Shown here piece after piece: positions 19,010-28,757 of a stretch of DNA of 29,317 bases; within the stretch, counting starts at the first letter, position 1; each line of letters opens with the position of its first letter. The stretch is taken from positions 1 through 29,317 of the IMG/VR virus record IMGVR_UViG_3300020045_018882; one strand, 5' to 3'. The DNA comes from a virus (Duplodnaviria; Caudoviricetes). The position numbers and the translations under genes were made by a program. Below the pieces are notes generated by a model. That model was not told the origin of the DNA. It worked only from the letters and a program-made list of their open reading frames with translations, and made no database searches.

Positions 19010-20752
19010 CTAAAAGGTAATATTTAATTTAATGATTGAATATGACCCAATTCTGATTGGAGAGAAATTTTCCAGATAAGAAAATGATCCAGATCCTCTA
19101 ATTAAGTCAGGTTCGTAAATAGTATTTATATTGAAAACCGTAGAAGTATCAGTTAACTTCATAGAAACAGAAGAGTTTGAAGGAAGGAAATTTCCTCGAA
19201 CATTAGTCAAAACAACTGACGAAACATTTGAATAAGCTACATAACCATAAGCATTTGTCTGAGGGCAGGTCACAAGTGTGTTAATGGCAAATTCTGAACC
19301 AGTGTCAAAGGTACCCTCAAGTTTGAAAGTTTGGTCAAAATAATTAACGTTAGCTGAAGCTTCTCCTCGTTTGATAATATCTGTTACAATTGCGGTTGAG
19401 TTTGAAGTTCCTCCCACAATTGTGTCTCCAATTTCAACAATGCCCGTCAGAGAATTCAAATCCAGAGTTGAAATATCAGCAGACACAACATTGGCAACCA
19501 TTCCAGAGTTAGCTGTTAAACTTTCTCCTTCAATAAATGTTGAAGAAGCATTGGCAAATTCCAAAGTTACATTTTTGAAAATTGGATTATGAAGAACTCC
19601 CACATTTCTGAAACCAGAACGAGCACGGGTAATTCCGTTGTTGACAATTGTGGAAACTCCCACCGTATCACAGAAGAAATTATAAACAGTATTTTGAGTA
19701 AATCCGCCATAAGGTGGAATGATTGGGAGGAGAGAAGTATTAGGTTGATTAACCTGCCCAAGAATATTAACATTAGAAACTACAGAAGCGGTTGCCCAGG
19801 TATAATTATTCCCATAATCGTTAACTTCAATTGACGAAATTGTGTTAGAGGAAGTGTTGATAATGGCTCTAGCTATACAGCCTTGCCCGTCGCCTTCAAC
19901 TATAACGTTGGGAGTAATTTCGTATCTTGACAAAGTTGTGGGAGTAGTTGTGAAGGGAGTTTCAACTTGAACTATGGTGACGTTATTAGCATTATAATGA
20001 TCAATGATTGATTTCTGTTCCCCAATTCCATCCCCGTCAACAATTTTAATAGCTGACCCAGTATAAAAATTTGTGTTGGAAATCGGAACATCTAAACCAA
20101 ATAATGTTTTATCGTCGTTCATATTAACGTTAAAGAAAAATCCGTTAGCATATGAATTATATTTTCCGCCCGCATCTAAAATTTCCACAAAAGAAATTTC
20201 CCCGGGAATTGTGGCAGATTGAACGTTAGCATTAACCAGAAGAGGAATATAATTTTCAGTAGAAAATTTTGTGTAGGTTAGAGTCGGAATTGAGTAAATA
20301 TATTTCCAAACATAACCGTCAGCAGTTGAATAAAATTCATCAACCTCTGATTCAAAAACAGGAGCATATGTTGAAGGAGAATCATTATTGTTAGAAATGC
20401 AGAGAAAGACATGAGTATCTCCCCCATCTGAAGTTGCAACATAAAAATCTGACTCTTTCAAATTAATATCAAAAGTATCATATTTAGCATAGACGGTATT
20501 GGAAACCCAGGGAATATTTCTGATCATCAGAGACACATCAGCAGGGGCAATTTTCAAGCCCGCTATCAGATTATCATAAACTTCATAATTAGAACCGTTG
20601 ATGGAACGATCAACAATTGGGGGATTTGAGTCAGAAGGATAAGGAGTATGACGCCCAATAAAAAGATAATTTGTGTTGTTTGAAGACACAAAATTATTAT
20701 ACTGAAGAAGGGCTATATCTGTTTTAAAAGAGTATGTTAAAACTCCGGTCAT
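19010..20752 (-). CDS. gp8: T4 gp8-like baseplate wedge subunit
   Basis: YLFIGR..P, FYV.T....VF.CISNN...PST..P and TADGYVWKYIY; follows gp6 and gp7. Confidence 0.82.
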   Translation of the reverse strand: MTGVLTYSFKTDIALLQYNNFVSSNNTNYLFIGRHTPYPSDSNPPIVDRSINGSNYEVYDNLIAGLKIAPADVSLMIRNIPWVSNTVYAKYDTFDINLKESDFYVATSDGGDTHVFLCISNNNDSPSTYAPVFESEVDEFYSTADGYVWKYIYSIPTLTYTKFSTENYIPLLVNANVQSATIPGEISFVEILDAGGKYNSYANGFFFNVNMNDDKTLFGLDVPISNTNFYTGSAIKIVDGDGIGEQKSIIDHYNANNVTIVQVETPFTTTPTTLSRYEITPNVIVEGDGQGCIARAIINTSSNTISSIEVNDYGNNYTWATASVVSNVNILGQVNQPNTSLLPIIPPYGGFTQNTVYNFFCDTVGVSTIVNNGITRARSGFRNVGVLHNPIFKNVTLEFANASSTFIEGESLTANSGMVANVVSADISTLDLNSLTGIVEIGDTIVGGTSNSTAIVTDIIKRGEASANVNYFDQTFKLEGTFDTGSEFAINTLVTCPQTNAYGYVAYSNVSSVVLTNVRGNFLPSNSSVSMKLTDTSTVFNINTIYEPDLIRGSGSFSYLENFSPIRIGSYSIIKLNITF

Positions 20753-23688
20753 GTGCTATCCATTGAAATTGTTGTTGCATCCATTTGAACTCCGGTCGAA
20801 TCAAACGTCCCTTGGATAGACCCTTGAGTTATTTGGAGAACAGCATTAGTCACGTCTAACTTATTTATGCTGGTTATTGAAGTTGCGGAAAAAAGCTTAG
20901 TTCCAGCTGTATGCATAACCTTTTTAAATATTTCTCCATAACGATCCAAATTTATGAGAGTCTGAAGTTCGTAAGAATAATACTGATAATAATCTCCATC
21001 ATAAAGATATTTGACTCCGATAAATCCTCCATCATTAAGCCATCTTCCTTCTGAAATTCCCTGAGAAGAAACGACTGGAGTTCCGTAAATTACTGAACCT
21101 CTATCAGAAGTAAGAATCAAAGTATTGGCATTAAAATAGTTAAAACCAGAATCAATAATTTCTAAAGTTGAAACTATACCTGACGCAGATTTAACAGTAG
21201 CAGTTACGTCTGAATCTTCCCCTAATCTTGGCTGTGAATTATTTTCATAAAAGGATACAACGTTAGCAGAAAGTCCCCCAGTTGCATTAAACATCTGGCC
21301 AATTTTGAAATTTTTAGAAAGAGAAAGAGGTTGAAGAGTTACAGTATTACCTGAAATATTTTCAACCACACCCGACACATTATTATATTCTATAACTAAA
21401 TTTGCAGAAATTATATCAGCGTTGGCTGAACTAACAAAAGATGTGATAGGTCCAACCGTGAAGGTTCCTGTTGCATTCCCAACTTTAATAACAGTTGAGT
21501 TGCAAAACTGAATTGACCCAAACGTCCCAACTTGTTCAATATCTTCCCCAATTTCAAAAGAAGTGTTCCCAGTTAAATTATCATAACCTAACACATAAAC
21601 GTTTGAGGAAACATTTTGCGAAACTGTTTCATTTAAAGTAAAGGGAGGAATTTGGTTGAGATTAAAGGTGTAATAATGTTTATCATAAGATGATACATAA
21701 TTATCTCTTAATCTGATGAAAGGTGTCTGATTATAGTTAGAGCCAATGTAGACCCTGTTAATGCCTGTTAAAACACCTGTCTGAACTTCGTCATAAGTTA
21801 AGGATGATCTGATATAATCAGAAACATTTGTGTTAGCTTTGGGGAACCCATATTCAAAATTCATGTTGATGGAAAGATTAGCATTCCCAGAATATTCAGG
21901 AGCCATAAAATAATTAGAGCCAGAATCAGTCACCACAACATTTGTGATAGTTCCTGATCCATCTGTGGTCAAAGTTAAAATAGCAGGATCAGATGACGGG
22001 GTATTATTTTTGAGAACAGCTCCAGTCCCACTTGACTGAATTGTGAAAGAATGATCAGAATAATAATTACCTTCAGAAATTGAAATAGCATTAGTTACAG
22101 AACCTGATCCATCTGTCAAAATATATCCAACAGCCCCAATTCCTGAATGAGATGATACTAAAATTCTTTCATTGTTAGAGTAACCAGTTCCGCCTGTAAT
22201 TACTGAATAAGTATTAACCTTATTAGAGCCTCCGTACAGAGTTAGAGTACCGTTTGTATAACCAGATCCACCTGAACTTATTACAACGTTGGCTACTGAT
22301 CCAATACCAGATCCGCCTCCATTTAATTTTATGTATTTGTACGGAATATCATTTTCATTATTACCTGAAAGTTTATCAGTGTTGACCAAATTAACTTCGG
22401 TACTTTCAATTCCCTTTACAGAAAAACGTGCGGCAGATCCTGTGGAAATTTGAGTAATGGATAATCTTAAATTTTGATCGGGAACGTTGACATAAAAGTT
22501 ATTCCGGAACGTTCCAGAAATATCATAAATGCCCCCAAGATTGTTTGAAGACGATACAATATAGCCTGATGCCAAATTAGAAGAATAAGATGCCAAATTA
22601 CCTACAACAGTATTTCCCACATTCTTAAATTTTGAAGCACGAGTCAAATTTGTGAAGGAGTTATCAGAGTAGAGTAAAAAGGATCCAGCTGAAGAATTAG
22701 AAGTTGTGACAGTTTGAATATAACCATTACCTTGGAATACATCATTATTGGAATAAAAGTTAACCCAACCTGCTTCTAAATTTCCCGTCAGAGCATTATA
22801 ACTAATATTATAAACTAATTGTTCAATTTTATTTCCGGGAGTTAATGCAACGTTTGACGAAAAACGAAACACTTTATCAGAAACGACAACAGGAGTGTTA
22901 GCCTGATAACCAGATCCTCCTGAATTAAATTTGAAAGTTACCCGGCCTAACCCATCTTCAATTGAAACAACTTTAGCTTTACCTGAATAACCAAAACCAT
23001 TTTCTGATTCAATATTATAAACTTCCCCCACAATATTATTAGAACCTCCATCAACTACTGTGATGGAATTGAGAGAACCTAAAGAAGTTAAAGATAGAGA
23101 AATATCATCAACCACAATCTTTTCACGGGGGAGAAAAGTTCCCGACACATGAGTTAGATAAAGTACGTTAAAAAATATTCCTTTATTTTTCTTAATAGCA
23201 ATTCTGTCAACAACTGCAGAAGCACCTGACAAAGATCCGTGAATTGTTTTATTAACAAAAGTAGAAATATCAACGTCATTATTTACGGCAGTTTCAAGAT
23301 AGACAGATTCAGACCAAAGCCCGTCAGAACAAATTAAAATATCCTTTGACGGATTTTTGATAGTTACATCGGCGTTATATAAAAGTCTAAAGAATAATTC
23401 TATCCCTTTCTTTGACCCTTTATTATCATAAAGAGAGTCGGCATTTTTGATAACCTTCCGAAGATCAAAAGCTGTATCTTCCGAAATATCTTTAAGATAC
23501 TGACCTTTAAAATAAATTAAGAATTCGTCAATGGTTTCATCAACGTCTCTCAGATCTTTAAGTTGATTAGGATTAAATTCTTCGGCCCACTCATAATAAG
23601 CTTCCATGAACGAAATCAAATTAGATGCTTCGTCATAAATTTCTGGGAGAGGAATCTTCACTAGATCAGAAGATGTCGTCGTTGTCAT
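20749..23688 (-). CDS. gp7: gp7-like baseplate wedge initiator
   Basis: FMEAYYEW, LY..KGS..GI..FFRLLY, SDG.W and C-terminal D.DYYQ.YSY....H.AGTK.F; lies between gp6 and gp8. Confidence 0.75.
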   Translation of the reverse strand: MTTTTSSDLVKIPLPEIYDEASNLISFMEAYYEWAEEFNPNQLKDLRDVDETIDEFLIYFKGQYLKDISEDTAFDLRKVIKNADSLYDNKGSKKGIELFFRLLYNADVTIKNPSKDILICSDGLWSESVYLETAVNNDVDISTFVNKTIHGSLSGASAVVDRIAIKKNKGIFFNVLYLTHVSGTFLPREKIVVDDISLSLTSLGSLNSITVVDGGSNNIVGEVYNIESENGFGYSGKAKVVSIEDGLGRVTFKFNSGGSGYQANTPVVVSDKVFRFSSNVALTPGNKIEQLVYNISYNALTGNLEAGWVNFYSNNDVFQGNGYIQTVTTSNSSAGSFLLYSDNSFTNLTRASKFKNVGNTVVGNLASYSSNLASGYIVSSSNNLGGIYDISGTFRNNFYVNVPDQNLRLSITQISTGSAARFSVKGIESTEVNLVNTDKLSGNNENDIPYKYIKLNGGGSGIGSVANVVISSGGSGYTNGTLTLYGGSNKVNTYSVITGGTGYSNNERILVSSHSGIGAVGYILTDGSGSVTNAISISEGNYYSDHSFTIQSSGTGAVLKNNTPSSDPAILTLTTDGSGTITNVVVTDSGSNYFMAPEYSGNANLSINMNFEYGFPKANTNVSDYIRSSLTYDEVQTGVLTGINRVYIGSNYNQTPFIRLRDNYVSSYDKHYYTFNLNQIPPFTLNETVSQNVSSNVYVLGYDNLTGNTSFEIGEDIEQVGTFGSIQFCNSTVIKVGNATGTFTVGPITSFVSSANADIISANLVIEYNNVSGVVENISGNTVTLQPLSLSKNFKIGQMFNATGGLSANVVSFYENNSQPRLGEDSDVTATVKSASGIVSTLEIIDSGFNYFNANTLILTSDRGSVIYGTPVVSSQGISEGRWLNDGGFIGVKYLYDGDYYQYYSYELQTLINLDRYGEIFKKVMHTAGTKLFSATSITSINKLDVTNAVLQITQGSIQGTFDSTGVQMDATTISMDST

Positions 23689-25421
23689 TAAATGTTTTCC
23701 AAGTTAACAAGAACATCAACGACAGACATATTGAGAATAACATTCTTATCCGCCTTAATAAATTGTGTGTTGGGGGAGGCATAAAGTTTTAGAATTCCTG
23801 AATTCAAAACGGTGATGGGATTAATTGTGACAATTCCGTTCACAAAATCAACAGAACCTGCTTGACTCAAAATTGTATTAACTCCATTATTTGAATATGT
23901 TAGATAAAGTATTCCATCTTCTCTACTTTCAAATCTACAACTTTTATTATTGTATGTGAAATAGGTTGAATAAATTGAAGTGGAACCATTATCATTTAAT
24001 TTCAAAGGGTTAAAGAAATTAATAGATTGGGTTAAGTTTTTCAGAGTTGAGGTGTCAACAATTGAGAATAAAGTAAGGGTTGTGGAAGATCCGTTTATGG
24101 AAACATCCGTTTCGTCAATGATAGTTGACAGATTTGAAACTCTAAGACTAGAGTTAAATTTATTCAGATTATCAGTTCCGAAAGTTTGGATAGATGAGAG
24201 AATATCAGTTTTGATATCAGTTTCGGTTTTAGTAGTCTTAGTATAATTCCACGAAACAGTAGTTGACACATTGACATAAAGATATAAAGGATCAATAAAG
24301 AAAATGTCAATGTTAGGATTATTACGATCAATCAGATAAGCATAATACTTTTGTTTCTGAATTGAGTTAAGATATGTTCCCTGATTAGTAACGGCACAAA
24401 TTCCAACCTTTCCATATCTAGGAGGGTCTAACTCTTCTCCCCCAATTGCAATAATGTCAAGTATTTCCGGAAACTTCTGAGACAAAAGAAGTGCGTGATC
24501 TTCTTCAGTGATGGCTCTGGATCTTACTGTATTATTTAAAGGGGCAAACTTTTTAATGGATGTCAAAGTTTCTTTGGGATAACCGTAGTTGGAACTTTGG
24601 ATGGTAGTGATTGAATAGTTTGAGTAGCCTGAAACTGAAGAAGCCAGACGAAATGTTTGACAACCGTTTGAAAGGTCTCCGTTAGTTACTCTATATTCAA
24701 TAGTGACAGTTGAATCTGTGGCAGGCTGTGTTCCTAAAATATCATCCCCAAAATAAATCTCATATCTCCCGTCATAATTTAGCTGAAGAAAATAAACATT
24801 AGACTGAGGATTAACATCTAAAAGATTAGGAGCATATGTATAGGTTGTGACTTCGTTATTATCAGTCACATAAACATTTAACGAATCTGTATCAACATTT
24901 GTGCTGGTTATAAAATATCTACGACTATCTGATGCAAGGTAAACATCTCTTGACACAAATCCTTCATAGACTGTTAAATTAGCCGAATAAACAGTATTGG
25001 AAGTTGGGATAAGAACGGCGGATTCTTTTGTGACAAAATTATAAGAATCATTCCCGTTAGTGGATGTGAAAATTGTATTCTTCGGAACCACTATATAAGA
25101 TGGAGAATCGTTAGCTGTAATATTTAAAGTGAAAACAGCAGTTGAAGATTTGATAGATCGGGGAAGATAATTTAATTCTTTACACTTTGAATAAATTGAA
25201 GACTCAAGCTGGGCAGTATCCAAAAACATTTCAGAACCTTCCATATTTAAAAGGAAAGCATCTTGATACGAATTATAAGCTAACAGATCCAACATTACAT
25301 TAAGATTTGAACCATCAAAATTGTAATCGTTGAACTGACTCTGATTTTCTAAAAATGATTTTAATCTTTGTTTAAGATTAAAAAAATCAGGACTTGAAAC
25401 TAGGAGGGATGTGTTTGCCAT
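23688..25421 (-). CDS. gp6: T4 gp6 baseplate wedge subunit (start moved to 25421)
   Basis: DF..LK..LK.FL..Q..F.DYNF.GSNL..MLDLLAYN, EMFLDTA, YFGD..LG and RAIT.ED; late promoter just upstream of ATG 25421. Confidence 0.92.
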   Translation of the reverse strand: MANTSLLVSSPDFFNLKQRLKSFLENQSQFNDYNFDGSNLNVMLDLLAYNSYQDAFLLNMEGSEMFLDTAQLESSIYSKCKELNYLPRSIKSSTAVFTLNITANDSPSYIVVPKNTIFTSTNGNDSYNFVTKESAVLIPTSNTVYSANLTVYEGFVSRDVYLASDSRRYFITSTNVDTDSLNVYVTDNNEVTTYTYAPNLLDVNPQSNVYFLQLNYDGRYEIYFGDDILGTQPATDSTVTIEYRVTNGDLSNGCQTFRLASSVSGYSNYSITTIQSSNYGYPKETLTSIKKFAPLNNTVRSRAITEEDHALLLSQKFPEILDIIAIGGEELDPPRYGKVGICAVTNQGTYLNSIQKQKYYAYLIDRNNPNIDIFFIDPLYLYVNVSTTVSWNYTKTTKTETDIKTDILSSIQTFGTDNLNKFNSSLRVSNLSTIIDETDVSINGSSTTLTLFSIVDTSTLKNLTQSINFFNPLKLNDNGSTSIYSTYFTYNNKSCRFESREDGILYLTYSNNGVNTILSQAGSVDFVNGIVTINPITVLNSGILKLYASPNTQFIKADKNVILNMSVVDVLVNLENI

Positions 25422-25432
25422 TAATATCTCTT

Positions 25433-25481
25433 TTAGATATTTATGACGAAACCTTGAACCTAAGTTTGAATAAATATCTAA
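25433..25481. promoter_or_regulatory. Back-to-back late promoters forming a 12-bp inverted repeat
   Basis: TTAGATATTTAT 25433-25444 and ATAAATATCTAA 25470-25481; CATAAATA on minus (25438-25445) and AATAAATA on plus (25469-25476). Confidence 0.65.
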
Positions 25482-25491
25482 GGAGAAAAAT

Positions 25492-26613
25492 ATGAAGACT
25501 TTCAAAGAATTTTTAATTGAATCTATTGCAAAGAATGCAACTTTGATTCATGATGGGCGTGAAAATTCTCATGAACCTTTTTATGTAGCTTATAAACCTT
25601 CTTGGAAAAATAATCCTTCTTTAGTTCAGTTTTATCATAAGGATAAGTTTAAAAGAGTTATTGAACATAATGGAGAAAAGGTTCATTTTTCCACAACTGG
25701 TATATTAGTTGACCCAATGTCAAAAACTATCTCCCTTGACCAGAAAGAAGAGAATCATAATAACCGTCGTCCTAATATTGTGTTAGGTTCGGGCAAGTAT
25801 AAAAGTTCTCGATCAACCCCAATTTTAAAAATATCTGATATGCCTGATGATCATAAATTTATTCATCTTCTGAAAAAACATGTCTCCAATATTTCTGAAT
25901 ATTCAATAGATGGTCAAAGTCTCCCTGATCGTAAAACAGCCGCTCAAAAATATTCAGAAGGACGGGAACCTATAACTCTCTATCACGGCACTTCTTCAAA
26001 AAGAGTTCCTGATATTTTAAAGAATGGTTTATCAGCTGGGAAGAGAGATTACTCTTATGTTGATCTCATTCCTAATTATTCTGAACATAATGTTTATCTA
26101 ACAACTGACCCTAATGATGCTTCAAACTATGCGACACGTCAAGCTATTCATGATAAGAGTTCTCCAACAGTTTTAAAGGTTCAAATTCACCCTCATCAGT
26201 TTCATAATTTGAGACCTGATGAAGATAGTATGCATTGGACTCCGCAGAAGGATCATCAGGGGAGTGTTCATCCGGCTGCTTGGGAAGAATTTAAAAGAAA
26301 ACAACCCAATGCAGTCTCAGAGTTTCATTTTAAACATATGAATCATGAAACTGGATCAGCTTTAAATCTTTTCAAAAATGATTATTTCCCAACAGAAGAA
26401 GAAAATAAGTCAATGTTTAATGATGCTATGAAATTGTTCACAGCTGGTAATCCGATCAGAAGAGGTACTGCAGCTTATAAGGGAACTATTCATCCTTCAC
26501 AAATTAAACCTCACTCAACTTGGAAGACAAAAAGCACCAAAATGGATCCAACCGACGAAGAATATAATGAAGCATATCTGCACATGCTAGATTCTTTTAA
26601 GAAGTTTGATTAG
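25492..26613 (+). CDS. Putative head-packaged ADP-ribosyltransferase-fold protein (leader MKTFKEFLIE)
   Basis: TLYHGTS......I.K.GL, VYLTTD...A..YA and VLKV, typical of the H-Y-type (KptA/PARP-like) NAD-binding fold; AAGGAG SD. Confidence 0.65.
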   Translation: MKTFKEFLIESIAKNATLIHDGRENSHEPFYVAYKPSWKNNPSLVQFYHKDKFKRVIEHNGEKVHFSTTGILVDPMSKTISLDQKEENHNNRRPNIVLGSGKYKSSRSTPILKISDMPDDHKFIHLLKKHVSNISEYSIDGQSLPDRKTAAQKYSEGREPITLYHGTSSKRVPDILKNGLSAGKRDYSYVDLIPNYSEHNVYLTTDPNDASNYATRQAIHDKSSPTVLKVQIHPHQFHNLRPDEDSMHWTPQKDHQGSVHPAAWEEFKRKQPNAVSEFHFKHMNHETGSALNLFKNDYFPTEEENKSMFNDAMKLFTAGNPIRRGTAAYKGTIHPSQIKPHSTWKTKSTKMDPTDEEYNEAYLHMLDSFKKFD

Positions 26614-27038
26614 AATAATTTATCTTCAAAAGGTAAAAAGTCAGCAAATATGTGACCATCAGGCTGATGTATATTGAAGTGTATATGAGGCTTTGTATAG
26701 AAAAGATTATGAATAATATAGATATTTCCTACTTTTGAATCTCTGTGATATTGATGTTTAATCTCAGAAGCTATATTTGCTTTATTATAATCCGATAAAT
26801 CTTCATGATTAACTTTTTCAAACCAACCGGTATGATAAGTTATAGTTGAACCATGGCGATCTTTTGAATAAATAGTACCATTTAAAAGTGGACGATCAGG
26901 GAGAGTCTTTCCTGCCTTTTGAAATTCCAAATGAGCATTTAAAAGATCTTTAGGGCTAACGTGAACTGTCGAATGTGTGAGTGTGCGATCACAAAGATTG
27001 TCTAAATTTTCTAAAATAATTTGTTTAAGATTTTTCAA
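26610..27038 (-). CDS. Putative internal head protein, paralogue family B (TTG start, leader MKNLKQIILE)
   Basis: GAGGG SD before in-frame TTG 27038; LPDRPL..G and YH.GWFEKV..EDLSDYNK. Confidence 0.65.
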   Translation of the reverse strand: MKNLKQIILENLDNLCDRTLTHSTVHVSPKDLLNAHLEFQKAGKTLPDRPLLNGTIYSKDRHGSTITYHTGWFEKVNHEDLSDYNKANIASEIKHQYHRDSKVGNIYIIHNLFYTKPHIHFNIHQPDGHIFADFLPFEDKLF

Positions 27039-27449
27039 AGTAAGAGCCCTCATGGTCGGCAGAGTCTGCATAAACCTTTCCTGATACGATTGTTGTATTG
27101 AAGACTATGTGAGATAGTCCGGAATTTTGGTCATAAGTTATATAAGTATTTCCAAATTTATTATAGGGAGAACTCCCACCTTCTCTTCTCATAGAACTCT
27201 TATTATAATCTGATAAATCTTCAGGATCTACTTTCTCAAAAAAACCTTGATGGTAGTGAATATCTGGAGCAGAGTCGTAAATCTCTTTTGCAACAATTTT
27301 TCCGTGCATTAAAGGTTTATCTGGAATACGTATTCCACGTTTAGCTGCATTCATATGAAGCTCTAAAAGTTTTGAATGATCAAAAGGTGTCTCAATATGA
27401 ATAAGTGTTCGATTCCGGTTGTCTAAATTTTCTAAAATAATTTGTTTAA
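26998..27449. repeat. 31-bp exact direct repeat (26998-27028 and 27419-27449) encoding the KQIILENLDN leader
   Basis: TTGTCTAAATTTTCTAAAATAATTTGTTTAA occurs at both positions. Confidence 0.9.
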
Positions 27450-27456
27450 TGTCCAA
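27025..27456 (-). CDS. Putative internal head protein, paralogue family B (TTG start, leader MDIKQIILE)
   Basis: GGAG SD before in-frame TTG 27456; IPDKPL..G and YH.GFFEKVDPEDLSDYNK. Confidence 0.65.
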   Translation of the reverse strand: MDIKQIILENLDNRNRTLIHIETPFDHSKLLELHMNAAKRGIRIPDKPLMHGKIVAKEIYDSAPDIHYHQGFFEKVDPEDLSDYNKSSMRREGGSSPYNKFGNTYITYDQNSGLSHIVFNTTIVSGKVYADSADHEGSYFEKS

Positions 27457-28660
27457 GACCTTCTCCTGCTTCTTCTCTAATTTTCTTACGATCAAAACCT
27501 AAAATTTCAAGAGAATTTAGAGCTGATTTTGCAACATCTCCTGAGTATGTATAACCATGAATTGGATTTTTATCTCTTCCGTTATGAAGATTATCAAGAG
27601 CTGCTCTCTTATACATTTTCTTAAGAGCTTCGGGATTCCTTAAACGTTCAGCTACTGCTTCTTGAACAGCCCAAGATGGATGATCTTGAAAATGTTCAAA
27701 TATTTCATGTCCGGTAGGATGGGAATTAAGGATAGATATCAGTTTTGCCCTTTGAGAGTTATCTTTGACATCAAGGTTATTCAAATGCTTAAGCCTTTCA
27801 TCAAGAGGTAGTCTTCTGATAGCTGCTTTTGAAACGTTATAATCTCTATCCTTAGATAATTTTCTAATGACATTAGGATCTTTATTGAATCTTGCGGTCA
27901 TTTCTCTGACGTGGGGATGCCAATAGTCTGAATGATCCTTTCCATAGCCAGCCTCATCCATACTTTTAGCTTGATCAAGGGCTACGTTATTAACATGTTC
28001 TTCAACGTGAGGATGAACTGGATGATTAGATTCTTCAATAGGGTTATCGTCTCTATCCATAAACTGTTTAGTGTCAGCATGGTACTGATACTTTTCTCCA
28101 GGATAGTTGGCATGTTTAGGAATCATAATATGAAGAGCACCTTTCTGATTATAATAATCAAACATACAATTATCACGAGCTGCAGTACACCAGGTTGTCC
28201 CTCTTCCGTAATATTTGGAAGCTTTTTCCGTATGGGGAATTATATGCCGAAAATGTTCTGAATCTAATTCAGTATATTCATCAGGGCCAGGCTTATTCTT
28301 TTTAAATTCTTCTTCTCGGGGATCCTTGATGGAATTTAAGTTTGAAACATGTTTTTCTAAATCCCAAAGATTTTTAATTTGCCCGATGTCTTTAGGAACT
28401 CCAGCTTGATCAAATATTTTAGGGTTTCTTTTCTTATGATGATCATAATCAGAAAGAGCTTGGTGACCTCTTGAAATCATATTTTCATGACGCCTCCAAC
28501 CTGTTCCAAATCCACCCTTTGCATAAGTTTTGATTAGCCAAGAATGATAATTTTGGTTAGGGGTTGGATCAGCATCTTCTAAATTTATCTTAGTATATTC
28601 TTTCCATTCAGATTCTTTTACAGGTGAGTCATAAGATTTGACAAGATCAGTTAAACCTGA
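27446..28660 (-). CDS. Body of a putative internal head protein (WCT-motif, PcfJ-like domain plus HEAT-like repeats) with its 5' end displaced
   Basis: Frame stays open 60 codons upstream of Met 28480 (GLTDLVKSYDSPVKE...DADPTPNQNYHSWLI) to a TAA at 28661-28663; contains AS.YYG.GT.WCTA. Confidence 0.65.
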   Translation of the reverse strand, partial: SGLTDLVKSYDSPVKESEWKEYTKINLEDADPTPNQNYHSWLIKTYAKGGFGTGWRRHENMISRGHQALSDYDHHKKRNPKIFDQAGVPKDIGQIKNLWDLEKHVSNLNSIKDPREEEFKKNKPGPDEYTELDSEHFRHIIPHTEKASKYYGRGTTWCTAARDNCMFDYYNQKGALHIMIPKHANYPGEKYQYHADTKQFMDRDDNPIEESNHPVHPHVEEHVNNVALDQAKSMDEAGYGKDHSDYWHPHVREMTARFNKDPNVIRKLSKDRDYNVSKAAIRRLPLDERLKHLNNLDVKDNSQRAKLISILNSHPTGHEIFEHFQDHPSWAVQEAVAERLRNPEALKKMYKRAALDNLHNGRDKNPIHGYTYSGDVAKSALNSLEILGFDRKKIREEAGEGLGH

Positions 28661-28757
28661 TTACGATAATCAAGCTTATGAAGTAGCTATCGTTTTTTCC
28701 ATTTTAAACAGAACTGAAGAAAGTGTTTTGAATTTGACACTAGAGAGGGTACGATGA
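28650..28757 (+). pseudogene. gp25: 3' fragment of a gp25-like baseplate wedge gene
   Basis: VKPDYDNQAYEVAIVFSILNRTEESVLNLTLERVR* resembles the gp25 C-terminus; ATGA overlap with the next gene; no 5' part in the window. Confidence 0.65.

Noticed and set aside
21900-23060. GGSGY and TDGSG repeats in gp7, with short DNA repeats
   Set aside because: These are ordinary beta-repeat motifs of T4-like baseplate proteins.
25422-25505. 28-aa N-terminal extension of gp6 in the ORF track
   Set aside because: It spans the promoter region and overlaps the divergent gene; gp6 similarity begins at Met 25421.
790-28409. Short ORFs antisense to or nested within long genes (e.g. 790-987, 10104-10358, 11507-11740, 12107-12481, 13215-13514, 17938-18159, 23980-24246, 27932-28261)
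   Set aside because: They lie inside well-supported genes, lack recognisable motifs, and are the shadow frames expected from biased codon usage.
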